From the NCBI GenBank assembly GCA_021786945.1, contig JAJYMK010000001.1, positions 64,794-128,793 on the forward strand: a DNA stretch of 64,000 nucleotides. Direction: 5' to 3'. The position numbers and the translations under genes were made by a program. Source of the DNA: a bacterium. Lineage in GTDB: Bacteria; Patescibacteriota; Minisyncoccia; UBA6257; 02-FULL-45-10c. Below the pieces are notes generated by a model. The model saw only the letters and a list, made by a program, of their open reading frames with translations, was not told the origin of the DNA and ran no database searches. The number at the start of each line of letters is the position of its first letter. The first letter of the stretch is position 1. Below, in pieces: positions 46,887 to 57,193 of the stretch.

Positions 46887-48227
46887 TTAAAGTTCATAAG
46901 TTTTTCCAAGTTCTGGAATTTCAGCGTGAACAGCAAGTTCATCAGTAATTTTTTGTACCAAGACCGGAGCACCCTCTTCATCTCCTTGAACTACAAAAAC
47001 TTTTTTCAGATTGAGTCTCATTGGATCTATCCAGGCCAAAAGCTGTTTTTGATCGGCATGAGCCGAATAACTTTCAATGGCCACTACTTTACATTTTATA
47101 GGAATTTCTTCTCCATGAATTTTTACCATTGGCTCACCCTCCAAAATTCGCCTTCCTAGTGATCCTTTGGTCTGGTATCCAACAAATAAAATGATACTTT
47201 TGGGATCGGATAAATACCTCATTTCGTGATGAAGGATTCTTCCGCCTTGGGACATTCCAGAACCAGCAATTATAACTTTAGGAGCAGGAACAGAATTTAT
47301 ATTTTTTGATTCTTCCGTTGTAAGAGTCTTGGTTAAACAACAAAAATCAAAAAGCAGGTAATGCTCCTTCATCTCTTTTACTGTTTCGGCGTTAAAATAA
47401 TCTTTATATTTTTTATAAATATCGGTTACCTCTATAGCCAGCGGGCTATCTAAATACACCGGAACTTTTGGAATTCTTTCCTCTCCAAAAAGATCATGCA
47501 TTTCATAAAGTATTTTTTGAGTTCGCTCCATGGCAAAAGCCGGAATCATTAAAACACCTTTTTGTCGCGCTACATCTTCAATTAAATCTTCGATAACCCC
47601 CTCCCTTGCAGGTTCATGAATTCTGGCGCCGTATGCGGATTCAATAACGCAATAATCAGCAACATCAAGATAATCCGTGCCTTTAATTATAGGCGGTGGA
47701 TTATTGCCTAAATCACCGGTAAAAGCAATTTTTTTGCCATCGGCTTCAAGCACTATAATACTAGAGCCCAAAATATGTCCGGCGTTATAAAAAGTTATTT
47801 TTATATTTCCTATATTGAAATCTCTGTAATACTCAACTCCTTCCCAACGCAACATCAATTTTAAAACATCGTCGGCCAGATACAACGGCTCTCTTTTATG
47901 TTTTTCGGCTTCTTTGTGCAAAATAGTTTCTGAATCAAGCAAGAGAAGTTCGGCAAAATCTTTTGTCGGCGGAGTAGAATACACCTTTCCCTCAAAACCA
48001 TTTCTCAATAAATAAGGTAATCTGCCGGTATGATCTATATGTGCATGAGTTACCAAAACCGCGGAAATTTCTTTAGGGTTATAAGGAAATGGATCCCAGT
48101 TTGACTCATCGGCAAAAGCGCCGCTTTGCTTTAATCCACAATCAATTAAAATTTTTGTATCTCCGCTCTCTACCAAATAATTCGCACCCGTAACTTCTTT
48201 TACTGCGCCGCAAAAAGTTAGTTTCAT
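46887..48227 (-). CDS. beta-CASP family MBL-fold ribonuclease (RNase J / CPSF-like)
   Basis: HxHxDH motif VTHAHIDHTG; a beta-CASP region with Asp/His motifs; 446 aa. Confidence 0.7.
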   Translation of the reverse strand: MKLTFCGAVKEVTGANYLVESGDTKILIDCGLKQSGAFADESNWDPFPYNPKEISAVLVTHAHIDHTGRLPYLLRNGFEGKVYSTPPTKDFAELLLLDSETILHKEAEKHKREPLYLADDVLKLMLRWEGVEYYRDFNIGNIKITFYNAGHILGSSIIVLEADGKKIAFTGDLGNNPPPIIKGTDYLDVADYCVIESAYGARIHEPAREGVIEDLIEDVARQKGVLMIPAFAMERTQKILYEMHDLFGEERIPKVPVYLDSPLAIEVTDIYKKYKDYFNAETVKEMKEHYLLFDFCCLTKTLTTEESKNINSVPAPKVIIAGSGMSQGGRILHHEMRYLSDPKSIILFVGYQTKGSLGRRILEGEPMVKIHGEEIPIKCKVVAIESYSAHADQKQLLAWIDPMRLNLKKVFVVQGDEEGAPVLVQKITDELAVHAEIPELGKTYEL

Positions 48228-48230
48228 AAA

Positions 48231-49454
48231 TTATATTTCTATTTTAATTTCATTTAAAATTTCTTTTATTATTTCCCTTTCACTCCAGGGGATTTTTTTG
48301 CCTTTCGCAAGTCTCATATATGGCTCCGATCCCTTTCCGGTTACAATCACCATATCTCCCTTTTTTGCGGAAACAATAGCCTCCCTAATAGCATCTTTTC
48401 TGTCTATAATTTTTTTAAATTTCTTATTATAAGAAGATTTTTTTATGCCGTCGGCAATCTGTTCGATAATCATTTCGGGATCATCGTCAAAAGGATCCTC
48501 GTTGGTTAATAAAATATCATCACAATATTTCGAAGCTATCTCTCCCATAACCGGCCTCTTCCATGAATCACGCCCTCCGCCGGCGCAACCCAAAACACAA
48601 ATCATCCTTCCCCCTCTTTTTTTGGAAGAAATATTCTTTTTTACCGCCTGATAAACTTTTTCCAAAGAATCCGGCGTGTGAGCATAATCAATCACGATAG
48701 AAAAAGGGTCTTTTTGAATAAATTCCAAACGGCCGGGCACTCCATCAAAATTCTCAATTACGTTTTTAATTATATCCCAGTCAATATTTTGACTTCGGCA
48801 AAAAGAAACAGCCGCAGCGATATTTTCTAAATTAAAATCACCTAGAAGTTTTATCCTCCACTTCATTCTGCTTAAATCATCTTTGTTATAAAAAATAGTT
48901 TTTCCCGTACCGGCTACTGCATCTGCGAACATCTGATTATCCTTGGCTCCACTATTTATAAAAAACAATTTATGTTTTTTATTTGAATGGATTCCGATAT
49001 TTTTAAAAAAACTTATTTTACTGCCACGATAATTTTCAAAAGATCCATGAGATTCAATATGTTCCGGCTGAAGATTGGTTAATAACCCCGCATCAAAATT
49101 TATGAAACGGTCTCTGTACTGAACCACTCCTTGAGAAGTAACTTCTATAAAAGCGTACTGACAATCTTTGTCTACGGCTTCACGCAAAAATTTCTGTATA
49201 AAAAGCCTTCCGGGCATAGTCATGCCGGTCCGATTCTCTTTCTCTTCAACCCCAATTTTGAATCTTACAGAAGAAACTATAGCCGTTCTTTTTCCGGCGG
49301 CTTCCATAATGGCATTAATAAGCTCGGTTACCGTGGATTTTCCTTTGGTACCGGTAACACCAAGAACAAAAATATCTTTAGAGGGATTTCTAAAGATAAT
49401 GCTTCCGAGCCAAGCAAGACCAAAATGATACATTTTTTTTAATTTTTTAAACAT
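48231..49454 (-). CDS. Mur ligase family protein (MurE/MurF/MurT-like), 407 aa
   Basis: P-loop VLGVTGTKGKSTV of the Mur ligase central domain and the downstream TNLQPEHIESHG motif. Confidence 0.65.
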   Translation of the reverse strand: MFKKLKKMYHFGLAWLGSIIFRNPSKDIFVLGVTGTKGKSTVTELINAIMEAAGKRTAIVSSVRFKIGVEEKENRTGMTMPGRLFIQKFLREAVDKDCQYAFIEVTSQGVVQYRDRFINFDAGLLTNLQPEHIESHGSFENYRGSKISFFKNIGIHSNKKHKLFFINSGAKDNQMFADAVAGTGKTIFYNKDDLSRMKWRIKLLGDFNLENIAAAVSFCRSQNIDWDIIKNVIENFDGVPGRLEFIQKDPFSIVIDYAHTPDSLEKVYQAVKKNISSKKRGGRMICVLGCAGGGRDSWKRPVMGEIASKYCDDILLTNEDPFDDDPEMIIEQIADGIKKSSYNKKFKKIIDRKDAIREAIVSAKKGDMVIVTGKGSEPYMRLAKGKKIPWSEREIIKEILNEIKIEI

Positions 49455-50025
49455 TTTTCAAAATTTTCAGAGCAGCTTTTATTCTGTCCTCTATATTTTT
49501 AATTTTCGAATCAACCTTTGAAATAGCCTGTTTGGCCTGAGCTTTGGTATATCCAAGATTTTGCAAAACATCCATTATATCGGAATCCGATTCCATTATT
49601 CCGGCAATTTCACCGGAATCAATCTGGCCAAACTTTCCTTTAAGCTCTACAACTACTCTTTCTGCGGTCTTTTTTCCGATTCCCGAAGCCTTAGTCAGCA
49701 AATCTACTCTGCCCTCGTTAATTGCCGCCATCAACCTCTCTGCTGTATCAATATTTAATATATTTAAAGCTGTTTTTGGACCAACACCGTTAACGCTAAG
49801 TAATTTTTCAAAAAATTCTAATTCAGGTTTGCTGAAAAATCCATAAATATCCCAAGCATCTTCTTTAATGTGCAGATGTGTAAAAATATTGATTATATTT
49901 CCGGCTTCGGGTAGGGATTTTAAAGTTGTAGCTGACACAAAAATCTGTAAACCAAATCCGCTGGTTTCCAGAATAAAATAATTTTCTTTTTTCTGAATTA
50001 ATTTTCCGGTTAAATAATAAAGCAT
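49447..50025 (-). CDS. ruvA: Holliday junction DNA helicase RuvA
   Basis: MLYYLTGKL... OB-fold N-terminus, HhH region LSVNGVGPKTALNIL and a C-terminal domain; 192 aa. Confidence 0.85.
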   Translation of the reverse strand: MLYYLTGKLIQKKENYFILETSGFGLQIFVSATTLKSLPEAGNIINIFTHLHIKEDAWDIYGFFSKPELEFFEKLLSVNGVGPKTALNILNIDTAERLMAAINEGRVDLLTKASGIGKKTAERVVVELKGKFGQIDSGEIAGIMESDSDIMDVLQNLGYTKAQAKQAISKVDSKIKNIEDRIKAALKILKNV

Positions 50026-50151
50026 AGAAAAATACTATTTATTTAATTATAGTTTAATTCCTTCAAAATAAAAAATTAATATTGACAATCAATATTATTA
50101 ATTACAGTATTTATTTAGTAGAAGTTCTTTAATAATCAATGAGGAGATATT

Positions 50152-51384
50152 ATGAGATTCATAAAAATAATGACGTCTCGGGGAATCCCCTTGTATGCCT
50201 GCTATCTGCCCCATGCCAAAAGCGTCACAACGAGCGTGGTGGTGAAAGTTGGCATGTGTAATGAGCTCTGGCCCCAGGAAGCCGGGCTTGCTCACGCCAT
50301 GGAACATATGGTTTTCCGCGGTACCGAAGATTTTGCCGATAGCCAGAAAATATCGGCATATATCGAAAATACCGGCGGATGGCTGAATGCCTATACATCA
50401 AGAAACTATACCTACTTCCAAAACCAGCTTCCGTATATGCATCTCGAAAAAGGAATTCATTCCCTTAGCCAGCTGGTCAGAAAACCGCTGCTCCGGCCCA
50501 AAGATATAAAGGCCGAAATGCAGGCGGTTATACAGGAGATTAAGCAACGCAATGACGATCCCAGCGAAGTGCTTTTCGACGAATTCGTCAATGAATCTTT
50601 CAGGGGCCACCCCCTCGGAAGAGACATATTGGGAACGGAAAAATCGGTGCTCGGCTTTAAAAATGCCGATTTCAAAAATTGGCAAAATAAATATTACCGG
50701 CCGGAAAACTTCATGTTTTTCATTGTCGGCAATTTTAAGCTCAGCGAAGCAAAAAAACTCTTCGAGAAATATTTTCCGGAAAATGCTTCAGGAAGAGTTC
50801 TTGCAAGGCCCGACGCTGTCATAGTTCCAGTAAAAAAAGTAAGGCAAATTTGCCGAGATACGGAGCAAGCTCATTTAGCGATAGGGACAATCGTCCCTAA
50901 AGCCGAGGATCTCGACTCGATGCCGCTGCTTGTTTTTCAACAGATGATAGGCGGGGGTATGTCATCACCTCTTTTTCAGGAAGTAAGAGAAAAAAGAGGA
51001 TTGGCATATTCCGTACATGCCTGCCACTGGCTGTATGCTCAATTAGGCCTCTTCTTTATCTATGTCGGAACTGATCCGAAAAAGACAGAAGAAGCCGCAA
51101 GAGTAAGCCTTCAGGTAATTAAAAAATATAAAAACTCATCTAAGCTAATGAAATTGGCTAAAGAAATGTTGATCGGGGAACTAAATTTAGCCATGGATAA
51201 TCCAAAGAAAGTGCTTGGTGCGGCAATCGAAGAGCTCAGCCTTTTCGGCAAGATATACTCCTTAAAAGAAAGGGTCGAAAGAATAAAGGCCGTGACAATC
51301 GGGCAGATATCAAAGGCGGTAGAAAAATATCTGCTGAACGAAAACCGGCGCGTTACCCTCATACTTGGCCCCAAAACCAAGTAA
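50152..51384 (+). CDS. M16-family (pitrilysin/insulinase) zinc peptidase
   Basis: Inverted zinc motif HAMEHMVFRGTE (HxxEH) plus a downstream conserved Glu; the 5' third of the gene is strikingly GC-rich. Confidence 0.8.
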   Translation: MRFIKIMTSRGIPLYACYLPHAKSVTTSVVVKVGMCNELWPQEAGLAHAMEHMVFRGTEDFADSQKISAYIENTGGWLNAYTSRNYTYFQNQLPYMHLEKGIHSLSQLVRKPLLRPKDIKAEMQAVIQEIKQRNDDPSEVLFDEFVNESFRGHPLGRDILGTEKSVLGFKNADFKNWQNKYYRPENFMFFIVGNFKLSEAKKLFEKYFPENASGRVLARPDAVIVPVKKVRQICRDTEQAHLAIGTIVPKAEDLDSMPLLVFQQMIGGGMSSPLFQEVREKRGLAYSVHACHWLYAQLGLFFIYVGTDPKKTEEAARVSLQVIKKYKNSSKLMKLAKEMLIGELNLAMDNPKKVLGAAIEELSLFGKIYSLKERVERIKAVTIGQISKAVEKYLLNENRRVTLILGPKTK

Positions 51385-51392
51385 AACCAATA

Positions 51393-51429
51393 ATCCCCAT
51401 TCCGGCTAAACGGAATGGGGATTTTTTTA
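51393..51429 (+). terminator. intrinsic terminator (ATCCCCATTCCG-gctaaa-CGGAATGGGGAT followed by T7)
   Basis: 12-bp perfect stem read directly. Confidence 0.65.
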
Positions 51430-51480
51430 TTATTAGTTGACTGAAAGTCACTTTTACTATATTCTATTAACTATAATTTT

Positions 51481-51738
51481 ATGATTACTAAATCAGCCCA
51501 AAAAGCTTATAGGCAGAATTTAAAGAGAAAGGCTCATAACGCCAAACAAAAAATAGCGCTCAAGAAGCTTATTAAGGAATACAAGAAATTGGTTTCCTCC
51601 AAAGAATTGGCTAAAGCCAAAGAAAAGCTCTCCGCCGTATATAAAGCCTTAGATAAAGCGGCCAAAACAAATCTTATCAAGAAAAATACAGCTTCAAGAT
51701 TGAAATCCCGCCTTACAAAATCAGCAAATAAAAAATAA
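51481..51738 (+). CDS. rpsT: 30S ribosomal protein S20
   Basis: MITKSAQKAYRQNLKRKAHNAKQK... is typical of S20. Confidence 0.85.
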   Translation: MITKSAQKAYRQNLKRKAHNAKQKIALKKLIKEYKKLVSSKELAKAKEKLSAVYKALDKAAKTNLIKKNTASRLKSRLTKSANKK

Positions 51739-51756
51739 CCCACAAGGGTTATTTTT

Positions 51757-52560
51757 TTAGTTAAGCATCATATCTAGTAAGGCCTCCTCGTAATCCAGCT
51801 TTCCTGTTTTTATGGCAACATCATAATCGGCCATATCTATTTTTTGCTCCCTGCTTAAATATGGAGATGCTGCAGATATATTGAAAATCATCGCCGGATC
51901 AACCCCGCGCCTAAAAAGATCTTCCAAAAATCTTAATTTCTCGCCAACACTATAACTAGTCCTTATTTTATTGAGCTGGCTGAATATGTCGATATCGGGC
52001 AATAAATCCATATGTTTCTCCAGAATCTTAACGTCAATTTTCTTTTCGTTAAGAAGGGCCAGTTTATCAAGTTCGGAAATCAAATTCCAAATATTTTGCC
52101 CGCATGAAGCTAGAAGGAGCTCCCTGCTTTTTATATCCAATTCAATTCCTCTTTTTTTTATTTCCAAATCCAAGAATTTATTTAGCTCCACACCCTCCAA
52201 ATTATCAAAACTATGCGTAATAGCCGGTTTTTTCAGCAAAAAAGAAAAATCTTTTGTTGGTTTTTTGTCGCTGTTTAAAATTAAGGTAATATCTTTATTT
52301 TCAAGATTATTTTTTATTAACACAGTAAATTCTTTCAGTTCCGATTTAGATAAATCCATAAAATTAAACACAATTCCCAGTTTGGAAGCTTCAAAGAGAG
52401 ACATAGATTTACAAAAATTTTTAAAACCTTCCCAATCCTCATTTTTATCCAAATAAAAAACCTGCGAAGCCCCGGAAAATTTGCTTTTATACCTTTCTAT
52501 ATATTCGTTTATTTTTTCACGGCGCCTGTAAGAATCCGGGCCATATAAATAAATAATCAT
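51757..52560 (-). CDS. holA: DNA polymerase III delta subunit
   Basis: MIIYLYGPDSYRRREKINEY... N-terminus and size (267 aa) typical of a compact HolA. Confidence 0.65.
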   Translation of the reverse strand: MIIYLYGPDSYRRREKINEYIERYKSKFSGASQVFYLDKNEDWEGFKNFCKSMSLFEASKLGIVFNFMDLSKSELKEFTVLIKNNLENKDITLILNSDKKPTKDFSFLLKKPAITHSFDNLEGVELNKFLDLEIKKRGIELDIKSRELLLASCGQNIWNLISELDKLALLNEKKIDVKILEKHMDLLPDIDIFSQLNKIRTSYSVGEKLRFLEDLFRRGVDPAMIFNISAASPYLSREQKIDMADYDVAIKTGKLDYEEALLDMMLN

Positions 52561-52571
52561 CTTTTAAAAAT

Positions 52572-53489
52572 TTATAATTTTTGGCAAACCGGGCAAAAAT
52601 GAGCCGATCGGCCGCCAATTTTTTTTCTGACAATTATACCGCCATCATTTCTAAGGCATTTTTCTCCCTCGCGCTGATAAGCCAGCATAACCCTGCCATA
52701 ATCACCTTTTTTTCCGGCAGTGTCCCTGAAGTCACTAATAGAACTACCTCTTAATTTTATGGCTTTATTCAAAATTATCCTAATCGCCTTAAAAAGCTCC
52801 TTAAGCTCCGCTTCGGAAATTTTATTGGCCGGCTTAAAAGGATTTATCCTCGCCAGCCATAAAATATCGTCGGAATAAATATTTCCTATTCCGGCAATAA
52901 CTTTAGGATTCATAAGAACTTGTTTTGTTTTTCCGGTTTTTGAAGAAATTATTTCCCTAAAATCATTAAATTTAAAATTTTTATCCAGCGGTTCCGGACC
53001 GAGCTCTTTAAGCTCCGGCAAATTTTCCAAATCCTGTTTTTTACCCAAAATAATTTTTGCAAATTTACGTACATCAGAAAGACCAAGCATCTTACCGCCA
53101 CTCAGATAAAAAATAACGTGGATGAATCTATTGTAAGGATCTTTTGATATATCATCCGAGCCCATTGCCACTGCCCTACCGCTAACTATTTTCCAGTTTC
53201 CAACCAACAAATGCCCGGTCATTTTCTGATGAATCAGCATCATATAACCACAAGACAAATCCAAAAGAAGGTTTTTAGCGCGGCGACGAGCTTTCAGAAT
53301 TTTTTTACCTTTTATAAATTTCTCAAAATACTTTAGCTCCGGTTTTTTTACTAATTTTAAAACACCGTTTTTATTTTCTAAGAAATTCAAATGCTTCGGC
53401 CAATCCAGCCATACTTTCAATACCCTTTTTCCTAAAATTTTTTTATTCAAATCATCCGCGATGGTTTGAACTTCCGGTAATTCCGGCAT
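52572..53489 (-). CDS. mutM: formamidopyrimidine-DNA glycosylase (Fpg/MutM)
   Basis: N-terminal MPELPEVQT (catalytic Pro2/Glu3), H2TH region and a C-terminal CPVCQ zinc finger. Confidence 0.85.
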   Translation of the reverse strand: MPELPEVQTIADDLNKKILGKRVLKVWLDWPKHLNFLENKNGVLKLVKKPELKYFEKFIKGKKILKARRRAKNLLLDLSCGYMMLIHQKMTGHLLVGNWKIVSGRAVAMGSDDISKDPYNRFIHVIFYLSGGKMLGLSDVRKFAKIILGKKQDLENLPELKELGPEPLDKNFKFNDFREIISSKTGKTKQVLMNPKVIAGIGNIYSDDILWLARINPFKPANKISEAELKELFKAIRIILNKAIKLRGSSISDFRDTAGKKGDYGRVMLAYQREGEKCLRNDGGIIVRKKIGGRSAHFCPVCQKL

Positions 53490-53506
53490 ATAAATTTATA
53501 TTTAAT

Positions 53507-54835
53507 TTACTCTCCGTAAACTATCTCTTTCTGAGGAACTAAAGCAGGGTCAGTGGGTAGGGTGAAGTAAAAAGTAGTACCTCTATTAACCTCGGATTCA
53601 ACACCTATATCTCCTCCATGCCTTCTAATAATATTTCTAGTTATATAAAGACCTAAACCAGAGCCGGTTGTTTCTTTAGTTAAAGCGCTGCTAGATCTGA
53701 AAAACTTACCGAATAATTTCTTAAGATCTTCCGGGGGGATACCGACGCCCGTATCTTTTACGCCTACCTGAACATAGGGCCTGTCTTTAACTCTTCTCAC
53801 CGAAACAGTCACCTGTCCATTAGCGGTATTATATTTAATAGCATTATCCAAAAGATTGGAAACAGCCATGCCCAATTTTGTGGGGTCGCCATATATTTCA
53901 ACGCTTTTTTCCTCTCCGGGATCAAAATAGACATTTACATTATATTGTTTGGCGATAGCCTCCGCCTGAGAAAGCAAAGAAGAGAAGAATTTTATAAGAT
54001 CGAAATTTTGAAAATTATACCCGAATCTTCCCTCTTCAATTTTTGAAACATTAAGTAAATCTTCAACAACCTTCAATAAATTTGCTGAAGCGGCAGCACC
54101 CATCCTAACCACATCCTGCTGACTATCGCTAAGACTCTCTCCTTTTAAAGTTTCAAAAACCCAACCTACGGCAGCGAGAGGGGTCCTAAGCTGATGCGCG
54201 GCAACTGTAATAAAATCGCTTTTTGATTTAATGAGCTCAACCTCCCTGGTCCTATCTCTTACAACCTTGAGAAAGCCGAAAACTTTTCCGTTTTCATCCA
54301 ATAATCTGCTGGTGGTAACTCTCAATTCCAATCTTGGATCATCAAAAGAAATATCAATAACCTGAGGATAAATACCTTGCTCGGAACGCCTTACAACCGT
54401 CGGCGCCAAAGAAGGATAAATAACTTGAGCTAAAATTTTATATTCACGCTCTTTTATGTTTTCTATAGTAACTATATGTCCAATAGCATTATTTTGGCTG
54501 ATTCCAAAAATTTCTTCTGCGGCTTTATTGAAAATCAAAACCTTAAAATCAACGTCGTAAACAACTAATCCATCTCCAATACTAGAAATAATATTATTCA
54601 ATCTAGATCTTTCAATACCGACATTTAAATTTAGTTTGGCCGCTCTCAAATTATTGAAAAAAACTAAAAAACCAATACAAAGCAAGACAATAAAAATAAC
54701 CAAACGCCACAATAAAATCTGCACGAACAAAAAATCGATGAACAGAATAACTAATAAAAGCAAAATAAATATCCAGAGCATTCTCATCTCCGGCATTTTT
54801 AAATATTCCTTAAAATTTTTGAAAAAATCGTTCAT
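53507..54835 (-). CDS. sensor histidine kinase (two TM helices, PAS, HisKA, HATPase_c)
   Basis: H-box AHQLRTPLAAV, N box LLDNAIKYN, G boxes DTGVGI and GSGLGL. No response regulator is adjacent. Confidence 0.8.
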   Translation of the reverse strand: MNDFFKNFKEYLKMPEMRMLWIFILLLLVILFIDFLFVQILLWRLVIFIVLLCIGFLVFFNNLRAAKLNLNVGIERSRLNNIISSIGDGLVVYDVDFKVLIFNKAAEEIFGISQNNAIGHIVTIENIKEREYKILAQVIYPSLAPTVVRRSEQGIYPQVIDISFDDPRLELRVTTSRLLDENGKVFGFLKVVRDRTREVELIKSKSDFITVAAHQLRTPLAAVGWVFETLKGESLSDSQQDVVRMGAAASANLLKVVEDLLNVSKIEEGRFGYNFQNFDLIKFFSSLLSQAEAIAKQYNVNVYFDPGEEKSVEIYGDPTKLGMAVSNLLDNAIKYNTANGQVTVSVRRVKDRPYVQVGVKDTGVGIPPEDLKKLFGKFFRSSSALTKETTGSGLGLYITRNIIRRHGGDIGVESEVNRGTTFYFTLPTDPALVPQKEIVYGE

Positions 54836-54836
54836 T

Positions 54837-56327
54837 TTATTTAATCTCTCCCCAAGTTTTACCCGTTTCTACCGATACTTTAAGCGGAACCGAGAGTTTA
54901 AAAGCGGATTCCATTATTTCCGAAATGTCCGCCCTTACTTTTTTTATTATATCACTTTTAACTTCAAATAATAATTCGTCATGAATAGTAAGGAGCATCC
55001 GAACTTGGTCGTTATTCCAGCCTCTTTTTACTAAATAATCATAAACTTTTACCATCGAAATTTTTAAAATATCGGCAGCCAGGCTCTGTACGGGCATATT
55101 TATAGCTTCACGTTCAGACTGAGAAGCCAAAAATTGGGAGCTTGAAATAATATTCAGAAGCCATCGCCTTCGGCCGTTCAAATTAGAAACAAAACAGTTT
55201 TTCCTGGCCTCCTCTTTAACTTTTTCCTGCCATTTTTTGATTTCCTTAAAATCATCAAAATATTCTGCTATAAATTTCTTGGCTTCGGCAGCCGGCAATC
55301 CGCTGGCTTTGGCAAAAGCCACAAAACCCATACCATAAACAACTCCAAAATTAAGAGTTTTGGCGAAACTTCTCATTTCCGGAGTCACCTTATCAAGCGG
55401 TACGTTATTTACCTGGGCAGCCGTCATTTTATGAATATCCAAATCTCTCTTAAAAGCATCTATCATTTTTGGGTCTCCGGACAATGATGCCAAAACCCTA
55501 AGTTCAATTTGAGAATAATCGAAAGAAATAAATTCGTATCCTTTTTCCGCCTCAAAACAACCCCTGAATTTATCCGAAAGTTCGGTTCCGCCGGGAATGT
55601 TCTGCATGTTAGGATTTTCGGAACTCAAACGGCCGGTCACCGTCCCCGTCTGCAAATAATTAGTATGAATTCTTCCGTCTTTAGCCACCAATTCCTGAAA
55701 AGGCTTTATATAAGTAGATTGAAGTTTAAAAATTTCACGGTATTCCAAAATTAGTCCAATGATTTCATGTTCGTTTTTAAGCGCCTCTAAAGTTTCTATG
55801 TTTGTTGAAATTGCGCCCGTAGAAGTTTTCTTCAAACCTTTAATACTGATATTGAGCTTATTAAACAATATATCCGAAAGCTGTTTTGGAGAGTTGATAT
55901 TAAAAATTTCCCCGGCCTCCTTATATATTTTTTGTACCAGCTCACTTATTTTTTTACTGATTTGTTTATCCAAGTCCGCTAACTTCTTTTTGTTTAGTCC
56001 TATACCGTTTATTTCCATATCGGCCAAAACTTTGAGAAGCGGCATTTCAAGATCGTAAAAAACATGCTTCATTTCAAACTCCGCCAATTTATCTTCCGCA
56101 TACTTTTTCAACTCTTCTAAAACTTCTTCGGAAAAACCTTGTCCTGAACTCGTCGAAGGATCAAATTCTTTATGTAAATATTTAGGTACCAAATATTCAC
56201 CCGTATATTCTTTTTCGTCGGGATTTATAAGCCAAAAAGCTATTCCTAAATCAAAAATTTCTGCCGGAATAGGCTTATTTTTTTTCTTCAATTCCTTTAT
56301 TTTTTCCTTCAAATTAAAACCAATCAT
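54837..56327 (-). CDS. polA: DNA polymerase I polymerase (Klenow-like) domain protein with a vestigial 3'-5' exonuclease region, encoded separately from the 5' nuclease
   Basis: Family A polymerase motifs: motif A DYSQIELR, motif B RSFAKTLNFGVVYG, motif C LTIHDELLFE. The ATG lies 1 nt after the upstream gene's stop codon. Confidence 0.85.
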   Translation of the reverse strand: MIGFNLKEKIKELKKKNKPIPAEIFDLGIAFWLINPDEKEYTGEYLVPKYLHKEFDPSTSSGQGFSEEVLEELKKYAEDKLAEFEMKHVFYDLEMPLLKVLADMEINGIGLNKKKLADLDKQISKKISELVQKIYKEAGEIFNINSPKQLSDILFNKLNISIKGLKKTSTGAISTNIETLEALKNEHEIIGLILEYREIFKLQSTYIKPFQELVAKDGRIHTNYLQTGTVTGRLSSENPNMQNIPGGTELSDKFRGCFEAEKGYEFISFDYSQIELRVLASLSGDPKMIDAFKRDLDIHKMTAAQVNNVPLDKVTPEMRSFAKTLNFGVVYGMGFVAFAKASGLPAAEAKKFIAEYFDDFKEIKKWQEKVKEEARKNCFVSNLNGRRRWLLNIISSSQFLASQSEREAINMPVQSLAADILKISMVKVYDYLVKRGWNNDQVRMLLTIHDELLFEVKSDIIKKVRADISEIMESAFKLSVPLKVSVETGKTWGEIK

Positions 56328-56328
56328 G

Positions 56329-57189
56329 TTAAACCCGCTCTACCATACTCTTAAAACCAAGCTCTTCAAAATATTTTTTAATAACTTCTTTATTTAGCCC
56401 ATTAAACTTTAAATCTTCTAGGGAAATTTCCAGCGGGGCATCTCTTTTTATAGCGGCCAGCTTTTTGGACATAAACGCCATCTCTTTATTGGCTGCTAAC
56501 TTTTCCTTCAAGGCTTTTTTGGAAATCAATTCAATGTCTTCGTAAATTTTTTCAACCGTGGCATATTCCTTTATCAAATCCGTAGCGCCCTTCGGACCAA
56601 TTCCTTTCACTCCGGGAATATTATCGGAAGCATCGCCAACCAATGCCTTGTAATCCACCAATTGTCGCGGCGAAAATCCGTAATCCTGCAAAAACACCGG
56701 CTCATTATATACCACCGTTTTACTGACTCCTGTTTTCAAAAGCTCGACAACGACCTTATCGCCGTCAACCAGTTGCAAATTATCCTTATCGCCTGAAAAA
56801 ATAACCACTTTTATATCCGGCTCGGCTTTAAATTTCTCGGCCAAAATACCGACAATATCATCGGCTTCCAATCCTGCTTTTTCCACTACTTTTACTCCAA
56901 ATTTTTCAAAAGTATTATGCGCTTCACCTAACTGCGGCACCAACAAATTGTCGGTTGGCGGCCTGTGCGCTTTATATTCTTTAAAAATTTCATCGCGGAA
57001 AGTCGGTTCAGGTCTGTCGAAAGCGGCAGCAATATAGTCAGGATTGTGCTCCCTTAAAATTTTCAAAAGAATGCTTGAAAGACCATAAACAGCATTGATC
57101 GGCTCGCCTTTTAAAGAAGTTAGTGGTGGCAAAGCATGGAAAGATCTGTGAATCAGAGAATTCGCGTCAATTAAAAGAAGTTTTTTCAT
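56329..57189 (-). CDS. 5'-3' exonuclease / FEN domain protein (the Pol I N-terminal domain as a separate ORF)
   Basis: LLLIDANSLIHRSFHA, 53EXO catalytic acidic residues, and an H3TH region GDASDNIPGVKGIGPKGA. Confidence 0.85.
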   Translation of the reverse strand: MKKLLLIDANSLIHRSFHALPPLTSLKGEPINAVYGLSSILLKILREHNPDYIAAAFDRPEPTFRDEIFKEYKAHRPPTDNLLVPQLGEAHNTFEKFGVKVVEKAGLEADDIVGILAEKFKAEPDIKVVIFSGDKDNLQLVDGDKVVVELLKTGVSKTVVYNEPVFLQDYGFSPRQLVDYKALVGDASDNIPGVKGIGPKGATDLIKEYATVEKIYEDIELISKKALKEKLAANKEMAFMSKKLAAIKRDAPLEISLEDLKFNGLNKEVIKKYFEELGFKSMVERV

Positions 57190-57193
57190 TATA

